A stretch of DNA of 17,665 bases from Methanobacterium sp. (GTDB taxonomy: Archaea > Methanobacteriota > Methanobacteria > Methanobacteriales > Methanobacteriaceae), in assembly GCA_003166335.1 (NCBI GenBank), contig PMWA01000025.1, forward strand, positions 11,005 to 28,669, given 5' to 3'. Shown here piece by piece: positions 9,500-17,665 of the stretch. Position 1 is the stretch's first letter. Each line of letters begins with the position of its first letter. A program made the position numbers and the translations under genes. The notes beneath the pieces were generated by a model. It was not told where the DNA came from. It was given only the letters and a program-made list of their open reading frames with translations, and made no database searches.

Positions 9500-10057
9500 A
9501 TGAAAGTGGTCGTAATAGCTGGAATTCCAGGTTCAGGCAGTACAACAGTACTGGAGAATGCATTGGAAATCTTGGAGTATACCCATGTTAATTATGGTGA
9601 TGTGATGCTTACTATAGCTCAAGAAATGGGATTAGCGGATGATCGAGACTCTATAAGAAAATTATCTCCTGATGTGCAGAAGGAAGTTCAGAGGAAAGCT
9701 GCAAAAAATATAAGAGAAAGGTCAGAGGAAACTAATATAATAGTAGATACTCATTGTACAATCAAAACACCTCATGGTTTTTTACCAGGACTTCCTAAAT
9801 GGGTGCTTGAGGAGTTACAACCCGATCAATTCGTATTGATTGAGGCAGACGGTGACGAGATAATTTTACGAAGAATCAATGACACATCCAGAATTAGGGA
9901 TGTGGAGAAACTTAAAGACATCAATCTTCATCAACAAATGAATAGGGCAGTTTCAATGGCTTACGCTGCCTTAACTGGTGCAACCGTTCAGATAATTATG
10001 AATCATGATAATCGATTGGATGAATCTGTTGAGAAAATTATTAGAACTCTTGAATAA
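9500..10057 (+). CDS. adkA: Archaeal adenylate kinase
   Basis: P-loop variant GIPGSGSTT, NYGDVM, IVDTH and GFLPGLP; conserved position after secY. Confidence 0.95.
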   Translation: MKVVVIAGIPGSGSTTVLENALEILEYTHVNYGDVMLTIAQEMGLADDRDSIRKLSPDVQKEVQRKAAKNIRERSEETNIIVDTHCTIKTPHGFLPGLPKWVLEELQPDQFVLIEADGDEIILRRINDTSRIRDVEKLKDINLHQQMNRAVSMAYAALTGATVQIIMNHDNRLDESVEKIIRTLE

Positions 10058-10128
10058 TTTATTAAATTTAAAAAAAAATTTATTAAAACTGAAAACTATA
10101 ATAGTTTAGGATAAGAGGTATGTGAAAA

Positions 10129-10713
10129 ATGGCGATTCAAATTTTAAATCAAATCCTGAATCCGGTGTTAACTCCTTTACTTCACTTAGTGAATGATCCA
10201 CATAATCCGGCATTTGGATTAATGGTAGGAGTATTAATAATAGCTACTATAGTGGCTTTTATAATCACCCTGGCTAATAAGCTACTAGTAGATCAGGATC
10301 GATTACAGTTTTTACAGAAGGAGATGAAAGTATTCCAACAGGAAATGATGCAAGCTCAAAAATCAGGCGACCCCAAGGTTATGAAGGATGCTCAGAAAAA
10401 ACAGTCTGAATTCATGGAAATCCAGAAAGAGATGATGTTCAACTCATTCAAACCTATGATAGTGACTTTTGTTCCTATAATAATCGTATTTTATTGGATG
10501 GCGCAGAATCCTGCAATAACTCATTTTTACGTGTTATTACCTGCATTAGCCTATTATGTGTTATTAGTGCCGTTATTCCACATGTTTTACCATCCCTCTG
10601 CTTTCGTGCCTGCTAATGTCATGGCTATTGAATGGTTAGGTTGGTATATTCTATGTTCATTTGCCATGTCTTTAATATGGAGAAAATTCTTGGGACTTAA
10701 AGGAGCTATGTAA
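10129..10713 (+). CDS. DUF106 / EMC3-TMCO1 family membrane protein (Oxa1/YidC superfamily)
   Basis: TM1, then a Q/K/E/M-rich coiled coil (LQKEMKVFQQEMMQAQK), FKPMIVTFVPII and a C-terminal WLGWYILCSF...RKFLG; conserved position between adk and eL34. Confidence 0.88.
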   Translation: MAIQILNQILNPVLTPLLHLVNDPHNPAFGLMVGVLIIATIVAFIITLANKLLVDQDRLQFLQKEMKVFQQEMMQAQKSGDPKVMKDAQKKQSEFMEIQKEMMFNSFKPMIVTFVPIIIVFYWMAQNPAITHFYVLLPALAYYVLLVPLFHMFYHPSAFVPANVMAIEWLGWYILCSFAMSLIWRKFLGLKGAM

Positions 10714-10743
10714 TAAAAAGATAAGTTTAAGAGGTGTATTATA

Positions 10744-11010
10744 ATGCCAGCGTTAAGATATAGATCTAGATCATATAAGAGAACTTTTAAGAAAACTCCT
10801 GGAGGAGTAACGGTATTACATTATAAGAAGAAGAAACCATCCAAACATTTATGCGCGGATTGTGGTAAATTACTTCATTCAGTCCCCCGGGGAAGACCTT
10901 ATCAAGTAAGAAAACTTTCAAAATCAAAGAAAAGACCTAATAGACCATATGGTGGATATCTTTGTTCAGAATGCAGCCGTAAAATGTTTAAAAAAGAGGC
11001 CAGATCCTGA
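10744..11010 (+). CDS. rpl34e: 50S ribosomal protein eL34
   Basis: [13 protein letters not shown] and [15 protein letters not shown] motifs. Confidence 0.96.
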   Translation: MPALRYRSRSYKRTFKKTPGGVTVLHYKKKKPSKHLCADCGKLLHSVPRGRPYQVRKLSKSKKRPNRPYGGYLCSECSRKMFKKEARS

Positions 11011-11528
11011 TGATTATAACCATCGGCGGATTGGCTGGAAGTGGTACAACTACAGTATCAGAAATCCTGTCTAAAAAGATGGGAATTCCTTATCTTTCAG
11101 CAGGGGATATATTTCGTCAGATGGCAGCCGAATGCAACATGACTATATTAAAATTTAGTAAATATGCTGAAGATAACTTAGATATTGATCGTGAAATAGA
11201 TCAAAGACAAGCTCAGATAGCTGATGAAAGTGAAGATCTAATTGTTGAAGGAAGACTTTCCGCATATTTTGTAGAAGCTGATCTTAAAGTTTTTTTCACA
11301 GCCCCATTAAGTGTTCGTTCTGAGCGAATCAGTAGAAGAGAAAATAAACCTTTAAATATTGTAGAGAAAGAAATTTTAGAGAGAGGAAAAAGCGAGGCTA
11401 GGCGTTATCAGGAATTACATGGAATAAACATTAATGATCTTGAGATTTATGATCTTATCATCAAAACTAACAGTTTCCATGCTGAAAGCGTCACTCAAAT
11501 TATATTAACAGCAATTGAGGTGATTTAA
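11010..11528 (+). CDS. cmk: Archaeal cytidylate kinase
   Basis: ITIGGLAGSGTTT, SAGDIFRQMA, IVEGRLSA and YDLII motifs; TGATG overlap with eL34. Confidence 0.93.
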   Translation: MIITIGGLAGSGTTTVSEILSKKMGIPYLSAGDIFRQMAAECNMTILKFSKYAEDNLDIDREIDQRQAQIADESEDLIVEGRLSAYFVEADLKVFFTAPLSVRSERISRRENKPLNIVEKEILERGKSEARRYQELHGININDLEIYDLIIKTNSFHAESVTQIILTAIEVI

Positions 11529-11758
11529 TGCCAGCCATAGAAGTTGGAAGAGTTTGTATTAAAATCGCGGGAAGAGAATCAGGCGAAAAATGTGTAATTG
11601 TAGAGATTATAGATGATAAGTTTGTAGAAGTGGTGGGTAAAACCATAAAAAATAGAAGATGCAATATTAAACATTTAGAACCAGTGGATCAGGTAATTGA
11701 AATTAAATCTGATGATGTTGAAGCAGTTAAAAAAGATTTAGAATCCATTTTGGCGTAA
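11528..11758 (+). CDS. rpl14e: 50S ribosomal protein eL14
   Basis: MPAIEVGRVCIKIAGRESG and RRCNIKHLEP motifs; TAATG overlap with cmk. Confidence 0.96.
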   Translation: MPAIEVGRVCIKIAGRESGEKCVIVEIIDDKFVEVVGKTIKNRRCNIKHLEPVDQVIEIKSDDVEAVKKDLESILA

Positions 11759-11839
11759 ATACTTAAGAATAAAAAATGTTTTTTATGAGCTTATTAAAGT
11801 TAAGTTTGAAGCATTTGAATTAATGTAAAGGTTTTATTG

Positions 11840-12802
11840 ATGGTAGAACTCCTCCACAAGGCTGAGGGTGAAACAAACCCTGAATATGGTTGTCCGCCTG
11901 ATGAAAGATCTATAGAGGATCATATTTCTAAGGGTATTATCAATTTAGATAAACCGTCAGGCCCAACCTCCCATGAAATAGATTCCTGGGTTAAAAAAAT
12001 ACTTAATGTGGATAAAACAGGTCATGGAGGAACTTTGGATCCTCGAGTTACAGGTGTGCTTCCCATAGGCATTAATCAAGCTACTCGAGTTATTGAACTT
12101 CTGCTTCAGGCCCCTAAAGAATATGTATGTCTCATGAGGTTGCATGAAGAGGTTGATGACTGTAGTATAGCTAGTATACTTCGAGAATTTCAAGGAAAAA
12201 TATTCCAGATTCCACCGGTTAAATCAGCAGTTAAAAGAGAATTAAGAGTACGTAGAATATACTATGTTGATCTACTTGAGATGGATGGACAGAATGTTCT
12301 TTTTAGAATAGGATGCGAAGCCGGAACTTATATCCGGAAATACTGCCATGATATTGGTGAAGCATTAGGATCTGGCGCACATATGGCAGAGCTTCGCAGA
12401 ACTATTGTCGGTTCCTTCAGGGAGGATAAAACCCTTAAAACCTTACAGAATTTAACCGATGATTATTGGCAGTTGACTGAGGAAGGAGATGAATCGGCAC
12501 TAAGAAATACTATACTGCCTATGGAAAAAGCATCATGTCACCTGCCTAAATTGGTGGTTAGAGACTCTGCAGTGGATGCATTATGTCACGGTGCCGATCT
12601 GGCTAGTGGTGGAATCTTATCTCTTACATCAAATATTGAGAAGGGATCACTTGTTGCCCTGAAGACTTTGAAGGGTGAGTTGATAGCAGCTGGGGAAAGC
12701 CTCTATAATTCTAATGAGATCTGCGAGAAAACTAAAGGTATAATGGTGGATATAAAAAAGGTTTTTATGGAACCTGGAACATATCCAAAGATGTGGAAGT
12801 AA
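11840..12802 (+). CDS. cbf5: H/ACA RNA-guided pseudouridine synthase Cbf5 (TruB family, PUA domain)
   Basis: INLDKPSGPTSHE, catalytic GHGGTLDPRVTGVLP, GTYIR, HMAELRR and a C-terminal PUA domain ending PGTYPKMW. Start is ATG 11840 or the adjacent TTG 11837. Confidence 0.96.
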   Translation: MVELLHKAEGETNPEYGCPPDERSIEDHISKGIINLDKPSGPTSHEIDSWVKKILNVDKTGHGGTLDPRVTGVLPIGINQATRVIELLLQAPKEYVCLMRLHEEVDDCSIASILREFQGKIFQIPPVKSAVKRELRVRRIYYVDLLEMDGQNVLFRIGCEAGTYIRKYCHDIGEALGSGAHMAELRRTIVGSFREDKTLKTLQNLTDDYWQLTEEGDESALRNTILPMEKASCHLPKLVVRDSAVDALCHGADLASGGILSLTSNIEKGSLVALKTLKGELIAAGESLYNSNEICEKTKGIMVDIKKVFMEPGTYPKMWK

Positions 12803-12912
12803 AAACCCGCTCTTTAATATGAACTTCCAAAATTATTCGAATCTTAAATCCGGATGTAGCTTAACCTTTTATGAATGAGTTAGAGTTCATTTAGATTTGT
12901 TATTCTACTTAT

Positions 12913-12997
<85 letters not shown>

Positions 12998-13091
12998 TTT
13001 CAAAATAAATATAAATTAATAATAAACAATTGATCAAAAAAATGATTTTAATTAAATCCGTATAAACATGGAAATTTGGAGGTTAATTAGT

Positions 13092-13550
13092 ATGGAAGAA
13101 GAATTTAAACACATGGTCCGTATTGCCAGGAGAGATTTGGATGGTAATAAATCAACCGTAAACGCCCTTGCAGGTGTAAAAGGTGTGGGAATTGCATTAT
13201 CAGGGGCTTTATGCACGTCTATGAATTTAGATTTAAATCAAAAAATCGGATATCTATCTGATGATAAAATTACTGAAATTGAAGGTGCAATGAGAGATCC
13301 TAAAAAATTCAATCTCCCTGATTGGATGTTAAACCGACGTAATGATTATGAAACTGGTGTAACAGTCCATCTCATAGAATCTGACTTAATGATGCGTCTT
13401 AGAGATGATTTGAATCGAATGAAAAAAGTTAGAAGTTATAAAGGCAGAAGGCATGAAGTAGGATTACCCGTCAGAGGTCAAAGAACAAAATCCACCTTTA
13501 GAAAAGGAATATCAGTTGGAGTTAGGAAAAGAAGAGCAAGGCAAGTATAA
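13092..13550 (+). CDS. rps13p: 30S ribosomal protein uS13
   Basis: [18 protein letters not shown] and [25 protein letters not shown] at 13078-13083 supports ATG 13092 over 13068. Confidence 0.96.
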   Translation: MEEEFKHMVRIARRDLDGNKSTVNALAGVKGVGIALSGALCTSMNLDLNQKIGYLSDDKITEIEGAMRDPKKFNLPDWMLNRRNDYETGVTVHLIESDLMMRLRDDLNRMKKVRSYKGRRHEVGLPVRGQRTKSTFRKGISVGVRKRRARQV

Positions 13551-13574
13551 AACTTATAATAGGAGAAATTTATT

Positions 13575-14105
13575 ATGGGACATCCAAGAAAATCAAGGAA
13601 AAAATATGATACACCATCCCACCCCTGGAATGCGGATAGAATAAAAGAAGAGAATAAATTAGTCTTGAAATATGGGCTTAAAACTAAGAAAGAGATCTGG
13701 AAAGCTGAAACAATGGTTAAAAGGTATAGGAGGGATGCTAGGCAACTTCTAGGTATGTCTAGTGAACATACTCCGGCTGAAAGAAATCAGCTTTTAAGCC
13801 ATCTGATGAGATTAGGTTTCCTGGGAGAAGAAGCTAAATTGGAGGATGTATTAAATCTCACCACAGAAGATGTGCTCCGAAGAAGATTACAAACCATGGT
13901 ACATCAGAAAGGATTGGCTAACACTGCAAAACAATCTCGAATTATGGTAGTACATGGACACATAGCTCTTAACGGTAAAAAAATAGATGCACCTAGTTAT
14001 CTGGTAAAGCATGGTGAAGAAGGTCTCATAGGATTTTATGAAGGCTCCGTAATGGAAAAATATCATAAGGATCAGGTTTCCAAGGCTGGAGAAAAAACAG
14101 AATAA
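13575..14105 (+). CDS. rps4p: 30S ribosomal protein uS4
   Basis: [40 protein letters not shown] and APSYLV motifs. Confidence 0.96.
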   Translation: MGHPRKSRKKYDTPSHPWNADRIKEENKLVLKYGLKTKKEIWKAETMVKRYRRDARQLLGMSSEHTPAERNQLLSHLMRLGFLGEEAKLEDVLNLTTEDVLRRRLQTMVHQKGLANTAKQSRIMVVHGHIALNGKKIDAPSYLVKHGEEGLIGFYEGSVMEKYHKDQVSKAGEKTE

Positions 14106-14177
14106 TAAGATATTCCATAAGAAATATCAAAACAATATAATATATTAAATTTATCAAATTAATTTAGGTGAAAATTA

Positions 14178-14570
14178 ATGGCGGAAAATGAAAAATGGGG
14201 TGTAGCTAACATTTACTCCTCTTTTAATAATACAATAATCACAGTAACTGATCTCACGGGAGCAGAAACCATTACTCAATGGTCAGGTGGTAAAGTAGTA
14301 AGAGCAGACAGACAGGAATCATCACCATTCGCAGCTATGGAAGCAGCCTCCAGGGCAGCAGATGACGTAAAAGAAAAGGGAATTATAGGATTGCACATCA
14401 GAGTAAGAGCACCTGGTGGAAACGGTCCCAGAACACCCGGACCTGGGGCTCAAGCCACAATAAGAGCTTTAGCAAGAGCAGGCATAAGAATTGGTAAAAT
14501 CGAAGATGTAACTCCAATACCTCATGATGGTACCGGAAGACCGGGAGGTAAAAGGGGGAGAAGGGTCTAA
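14178..14570 (+). CDS. rps11p: 30S ribosomal protein uS11
   Basis: [33 protein letters not shown] and [11 protein letters not shown] motifs. Confidence 0.97.
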   Translation: MAENEKWGVANIYSSFNNTIITVTDLTGAETITQWSGGKVVRADRQESSPFAAMEAASRAADDVKEKGIIGLHIRVRAPGGNGPRTPGPGAQATIRALARAGIRIGKIEDVTPIPHDGTGRPGGKRGRRV

Positions 14571-15365
14571 ATGAATATAGACATTAAAAGTAAAGATGAA
14601 AAAAATATCGTACTAATAGTTGAGGGTGTAGATGTACCATTTGTAAATGCATTGAGAAGAATTTGTATGGTTGAAATTCCCACCATGGCAGTAGAGAATG
14701 TTGAAATATATAAAAATGATTCACGTATATTTGATGAAGTTTTATCACATAGATTAGGTTTAATTCCACTCAAAACGGATCTAGACTCAATTACATTAAG
14801 AGAAGAGTGTGATTGTGAAGATCACTGCCCTCGTTGTAGTGTTTCACTCGTTCTGAAAGAGACTGGTCCTAAAGTAGTTTACTCTGGAGATCTTACTTCA
14901 CAAGACCCTAAAATTATCCCGGTTTATGACAGAATTCCACTTCTAAAGTTAAGAGAGGGAGAAGAAGTGGAATTAGAGGCTATAGCACAACTAGGAATTG
15001 GTTTAGAGCATGCTAAATGGCAGCCTACTACTACTTCCGCTTACAAGTACTACCCATTAATTACTATTGATCCAGAAAAATGTGAAGTCTGTGCAAAATG
15101 TGCTGGAGAGTGCCCTCGTGGAGTTCTACAGTTTGATGAGAAAGAGAATAAGATAATTATTTTGGATCCTGAACAATGTACAATGTGTAAAACTTGTGTT
15201 AAGGATTGTGAACCATCAGCAATAACTGTAGAAGGTAGAGAAGATAAATTCATATTTAAAATTGAAACCGATGGATCATTATCTCCAGAAGAGGTAATAA
15301 TAACGGCCTGCGATATACTAGCTCAAAAATCTGATAAAATATTAACCTTTAATGAAAAGGAGTAA
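14571..15365 (+). CDS. rpoD: DNA-directed RNA polymerase subunit D (Rpo3) with a ferredoxin-like domain
   Basis: [24 protein letters not shown] and IETDGSL motifs; two CxxCxxCxxxC motifs; [10 protein letters not shown] metal site. Confidence 0.96.
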   Translation: MNIDIKSKDEKNIVLIVEGVDVPFVNALRRICMVEIPTMAVENVEIYKNDSRIFDEVLSHRLGLIPLKTDLDSITLREECDCEDHCPRCSVSLVLKETGPKVVYSGDLTSQDPKIIPVYDRIPLLKLREGEEVELEAIAQLGIGLEHAKWQPTTTSAYKYYPLITIDPEKCEVCAKCAGECPRGVLQFDEKENKIIILDPEQCTMCKTCVKDCEPSAITVEGREDKFIFKIETDGSLSPEEVIITACDILAQKSDKILTFNEKE

Positions 15366-15372
15366 GTTATAA

Positions 15373-15732
15373 ATGATAACACAAAAGACCAACCCCAAGA
15401 TCACAGGACTTATAAAAAGTCTTAAAGAAAACTCATACCAGAAAGAAGCACCCATCTGGAAGGATGTATCTCGAAGACTTGAAAGATCAACTAGAAGACA
15501 GGCTGAGGTTAATATATCTCAGTTAAACCGTTTCACATCTGCTGATGAATTAGTTTTGGTGCCAGGTAAAATTTTAGGAAGCGGTAGGCTGGATCATAAG
15601 ATTAAAGTAGCGGCACTGAGTTTCTCTAGTTTGGCTAAAGATAAAATAGAAACCGCTGGTGGTGAATGTCTCACCATAATTCAACTTATGGAGAGTAATC
15701 CCAAGGGCAGTGGTGTAAGAATAATAGAATAA
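15373..15732 (+). CDS. rpl18e: 50S ribosomal protein eL18
   Basis: [29 protein letters not shown] and [10 protein letters not shown] motifs. Confidence 0.96.
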   Translation: MITQKTNPKITGLIKSLKENSYQKEAPIWKDVSRRLERSTRRQAEVNISQLNRFTSADELVLVPGKILGSGRLDHKIKVAALSFSSLAKDKIETAGGECLTIIQLMESNPKGSGVRIIE

Positions 15733-15777
15733 AAAAAATATTTTGCATTATTTAATAATGGGTAAGGTGTATTTAAA

Positions 15778-16200
15778 ATGATTATAGATGGCGAAGGACT
15801 CGTACTAGGAAGACTTGCCAGTAAAGTGAGCAAGAAACTTTTAGAAGGTGAGAGTATAACGGTTTTAAATGCTGACAAAATTCTTATATCAGGTACTAAA
15901 GAATGGGCCTATATAAAATATAAACAAAGAATTGACAGGGCCAGTATTTCCAATCCTAGGACAATGGGACCTAAATATCCCCGCAGACCTGATGATATAT
16001 TCCGGAGAACAGTAAGAGGCATGCTTCCTTACAAACAATCTACGGGTAGAGAAGCTTTTAAGACACTTAAAGTTTATGTGGGAGTCCCAAATGAATTTAA
16101 AGGTCAAGAGACCTTACAACTACCTGAAACGATGCCTAGACACATCAAAAAGAGTGTTGAATTAGGAAAAATATCTCGATTACTTGGATCAAAATTTTAA
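15778..16200 (+). CDS. rpl13p: 50S ribosomal protein uL13
   Basis: [35 protein letters not shown] and LKVYVGVP motifs. Confidence 0.96.
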   Translation: MIIDGEGLVLGRLASKVSKKLLEGESITVLNADKILISGTKEWAYIKYKQRIDRASISNPRTMGPKYPRRPDDIFRRTVRGMLPYKQSTGREAFKTLKVYVGVPNEFKGQETLQLPETMPRHIKKSVELGKISRLLGSKF

Positions 16201-16258
16201 TTCTATTTAATGTATAAAACTTAAAAATTAAATAAAAAAATTATGGTAGTGTTTAATA

Positions 16259-16660
16259 ATGAAGAAGGTAATTCATACAAGTGGAAAGAGGAAAACTTCA
16301 ATAGCTAGGGGAAGATTCCGTGAAGGAAAAGGTAGAGTGAGGATAAATAAACGCCCTGTAGTATTATACCAACCGGAATTAGCTCGACTCAAAATCAACG
16401 AACCACTCACATTAGCAGGTAAACTGATTGAAAATGTGGATATTGACGTTAGAGTTGTAGGTGGAGGAGTAATGGGTCAAGCTGAAGCTGCAAGGATGGT
16501 TATAGCTAAAGGATTAGTGCAATGGACTAGTGATATGGATTTAAAGGAAAAATATGCTCAGTATGATCGAACTATGTTAGTAGGTGATCCCCGCCGTAGT
16601 GAACCAAAAAAATATGGTGGAAGAGGAGCTAGAGCACGAAGACAGAAAAGTTACAGGTGA
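16259..16660 (+). CDS. rps9p: 30S ribosomal protein uS9
   Basis: [22 protein letters not shown] and [24 protein letters not shown] motifs. Confidence 0.97.
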   Translation: MKKVIHTSGKRKTSIARGRFREGKGRVRINKRPVVLYQPELARLKINEPLTLAGKLIENVDIDVRVVGGGVMGQAEAARMVIAKGLVQWTSDMDLKEKYAQYDRTMLVGDPRRSEPKKYGGRGARARRQKSYR

Positions 16661-16690
16661 AACAATTACCAATTTTAAAGATGGTTTATT

Positions 16691-16858
16691 ATGATTCCAA
16701 TAAGATGTTTAAGCTGTGGTAAAGTAGTATCAGGTTATTATGAGGAATTTCAGAAAAGAACACAGGATGGAGAAAATCCTAAAGATGTTCTTGATGATCT
16801 GGGACTTAACAAATATTGCTGTAGAAGAATGCTCATAGCCCATGTTGAAGTTTGGTAG
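16691..16858 (+). CDS. rpoN: DNA-directed RNA polymerase subunit N (Rpo10; 55 aa; not in ORF track)
   Basis: Translated by hand: MIPIRCLSCGKVVSGYYEEFQKRTQDGENPKDVLDDLGLNKYCCRRMLIAHVEVW, TAG 16856-16858. It has the Rpb10-type CxxC...CCRRM zinc motif. Confidence 0.96.
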   Translation: MIPIRCLSCGKVVSGYYEEFQKRTQDGENPKDVLDDLGLNKYCCRRMLIAHVEVW

Positions 16859-16932
16859 GGGCCGTAGGGTAGCTTGGTCCATCCTGCAAGACTGGGGGTC
16901 TTGCGACTTGAGTTCGAATCTCAACGGCCCCA
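16858..16932 (+). tRNA. tRNA-Pro (anticodon GGG), no intron, CCA not encoded (followed by TCA)
   Basis: Acceptor stem GGGGCCG (16858-16864)/CGGCCCC (16925-16931) with discriminator A; anticodon arm CAAGA-CT GGG GG-TCTTG (GGG at 16894-16896); T arm TTGAG-TTCGAAT-CTCAA. Confidence 0.96.
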
Positions 16933-17044
16933 TCAAAATTTTAATTTAGTTGTTAAATATTCTTTATGGTCTTACACTTGTTACAATTACTACAGAGGGC
17001 TTGATTAATTCCTAAATTTCATCATACGCATATAAATGATGCGT

Positions 17045-17153
17045 TGAAATTATGTAGGATTTCGATGAACCTCTAATTTTCACGAGTTGTATATTCGCCA
17101 TTTATAAGCAGACCAATAAATATGAAGGTTTATAGAAATCCTCTATAATTTTA
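17045..17153. repeat. 28-bp imperfect inverted repeat (17045-17072 / 17126-17153) of unknown function
   Basis: TGAAATTATGTAGGATTTCGATGAACCT pairs with AGGTTTATAGAAATCCTCTATAATTTTA without gaps: 23 Watson-Crick pairs, 3 G-U and 2 mismatches (counted by hand). Confidence 0.7.
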
Positions 17154-17665
17154 TCTCTGTTTCATTGGTAAGTCATATTTCCCAGATCATTTCATAGCTT
17201 TGAGCTACCCGAGAACACACCGAAAGTACAGCAGCAATAAGAGAAAAAAAACTAAAGAAAAAGTTTTAGTTTTCCAAATTTTTTGCCTCAAATATTAAAT
17301 CAAATTGTATGCTTTCACTTGATCCTAGATGATGGGATATTCTTCTGGTTGCCAGCTCAGATTTTCGGAAATCAAAAATCCTTGCTCTTTTTTGACTAGG
17401 TATCTCTAACCTAGACGATCTAAACTCTTATTTAGGCTTCACCCAAGATTCTTAATGTGATGTTTTATTGTTCTAGCTATCAATTGAAAAGTATGCAAAA
17501 ACTACCCCCCTCAAATATTGGACTACCTCCGATAGAGAGTCAATTGGATATGATTTCAATAAAATGCTGAATGTTTTCGCTATCTTGGTATTTTTTGTGT
17601 TTCTCAAGTTGCAGGATTTAGATTTGGTTAGTTCTATTGCCTGGATTGTTTTTTTTCGCAAACTT

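Noticed and set aside
11759..11839. AT-rich inverted repeats upstream of cbf5, checked as a possible L7Ae K-turn leader
   Set aside because: No convincing tandem GA/AG K-turn, and the pairings are mostly A-T runs.
12860..12912. Possible promoter (CTTAACC-TTTTATGA) for the tRNA-Ser/uS13 unit
   Set aside because: Plausible by position, but the TATA match is imperfect; not supportable as a feature without TSS data.
15778..16660. Possible uL13-uS9 fusion, as reported in Methanothermobacter thermautotrophicus
   Set aside because: Here uL13 has its own TAA (16198-16200) and a 58-bp spacer before uS9, the ordinary separate arrangement.
16730..16936. Minus-strand 68-aa ORF MMGPLRFELKSQDPQSCR...
   Set aside because: It is the antisense reading of tRNA-Pro and rpoN, a classic tRNA shadow ORF.
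17019..17025. C-box-like ATGATGA on the minus strand (a weaker TGATGA also lies near 5018-5023)
   Set aside because: No CTGA D box at a suitable distance downstream on that strand, so a C/D box sRNA is not supported.
17248..17414. Small palindromes AAAACTAAA/TTTAGTTTT (17248-17273) and CTAGGT/ACCTAG (17396-17414)
   Set aside because: Short and AT-rich. They could be terminator-associated but are expected by chance at this composition.

Overview
This is the core archaeal ribosomal-protein supercluster (S10-distal, spc and alpha segments) of an AT-rich euryarchaeon. Gene order and protein sequences best fit Methanobacteriaceae (Methanobacterium-like; inference). All recognisable genes are on the + strand: 3' end of uS3, uL29, aIF1/SUI1, RNase P Rpp29, uS17, uL14, uL24, eS4, uL5, uS14 (missed by the ORF track, TTG start), uS8, uL6, eL32, eL19, uL18, uS5, uL30, uL15, SecY, adenylate kinase, DUF106/EMC3-like protein, eL34, cytidylate kinase, eL14, Cbf5, tRNA-Ser(GGA), uS13, uS4, uS11, RpoD, eL18, uL13, uS9, RpoN (missed by the ORF track) and tRNA-Pro(GGG). 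About 95% of the window is ordinary housekeeping and I cannot support a novel protein system here. The points worth a second look are non-coding. (1) The rpoN stop codon shares its last base with G1 of tRNA-Pro. (2) A 260-bp eL32-eL19 spacer holds a TATA box and a long nested hairpin, a candidate leader RNA. (3) The ~730 bp after tRNA-Pro lack the usually adjacent rpoK and carry a 28-bp imperfect inverted repeat with a mutually exclusive alternative hairpin.
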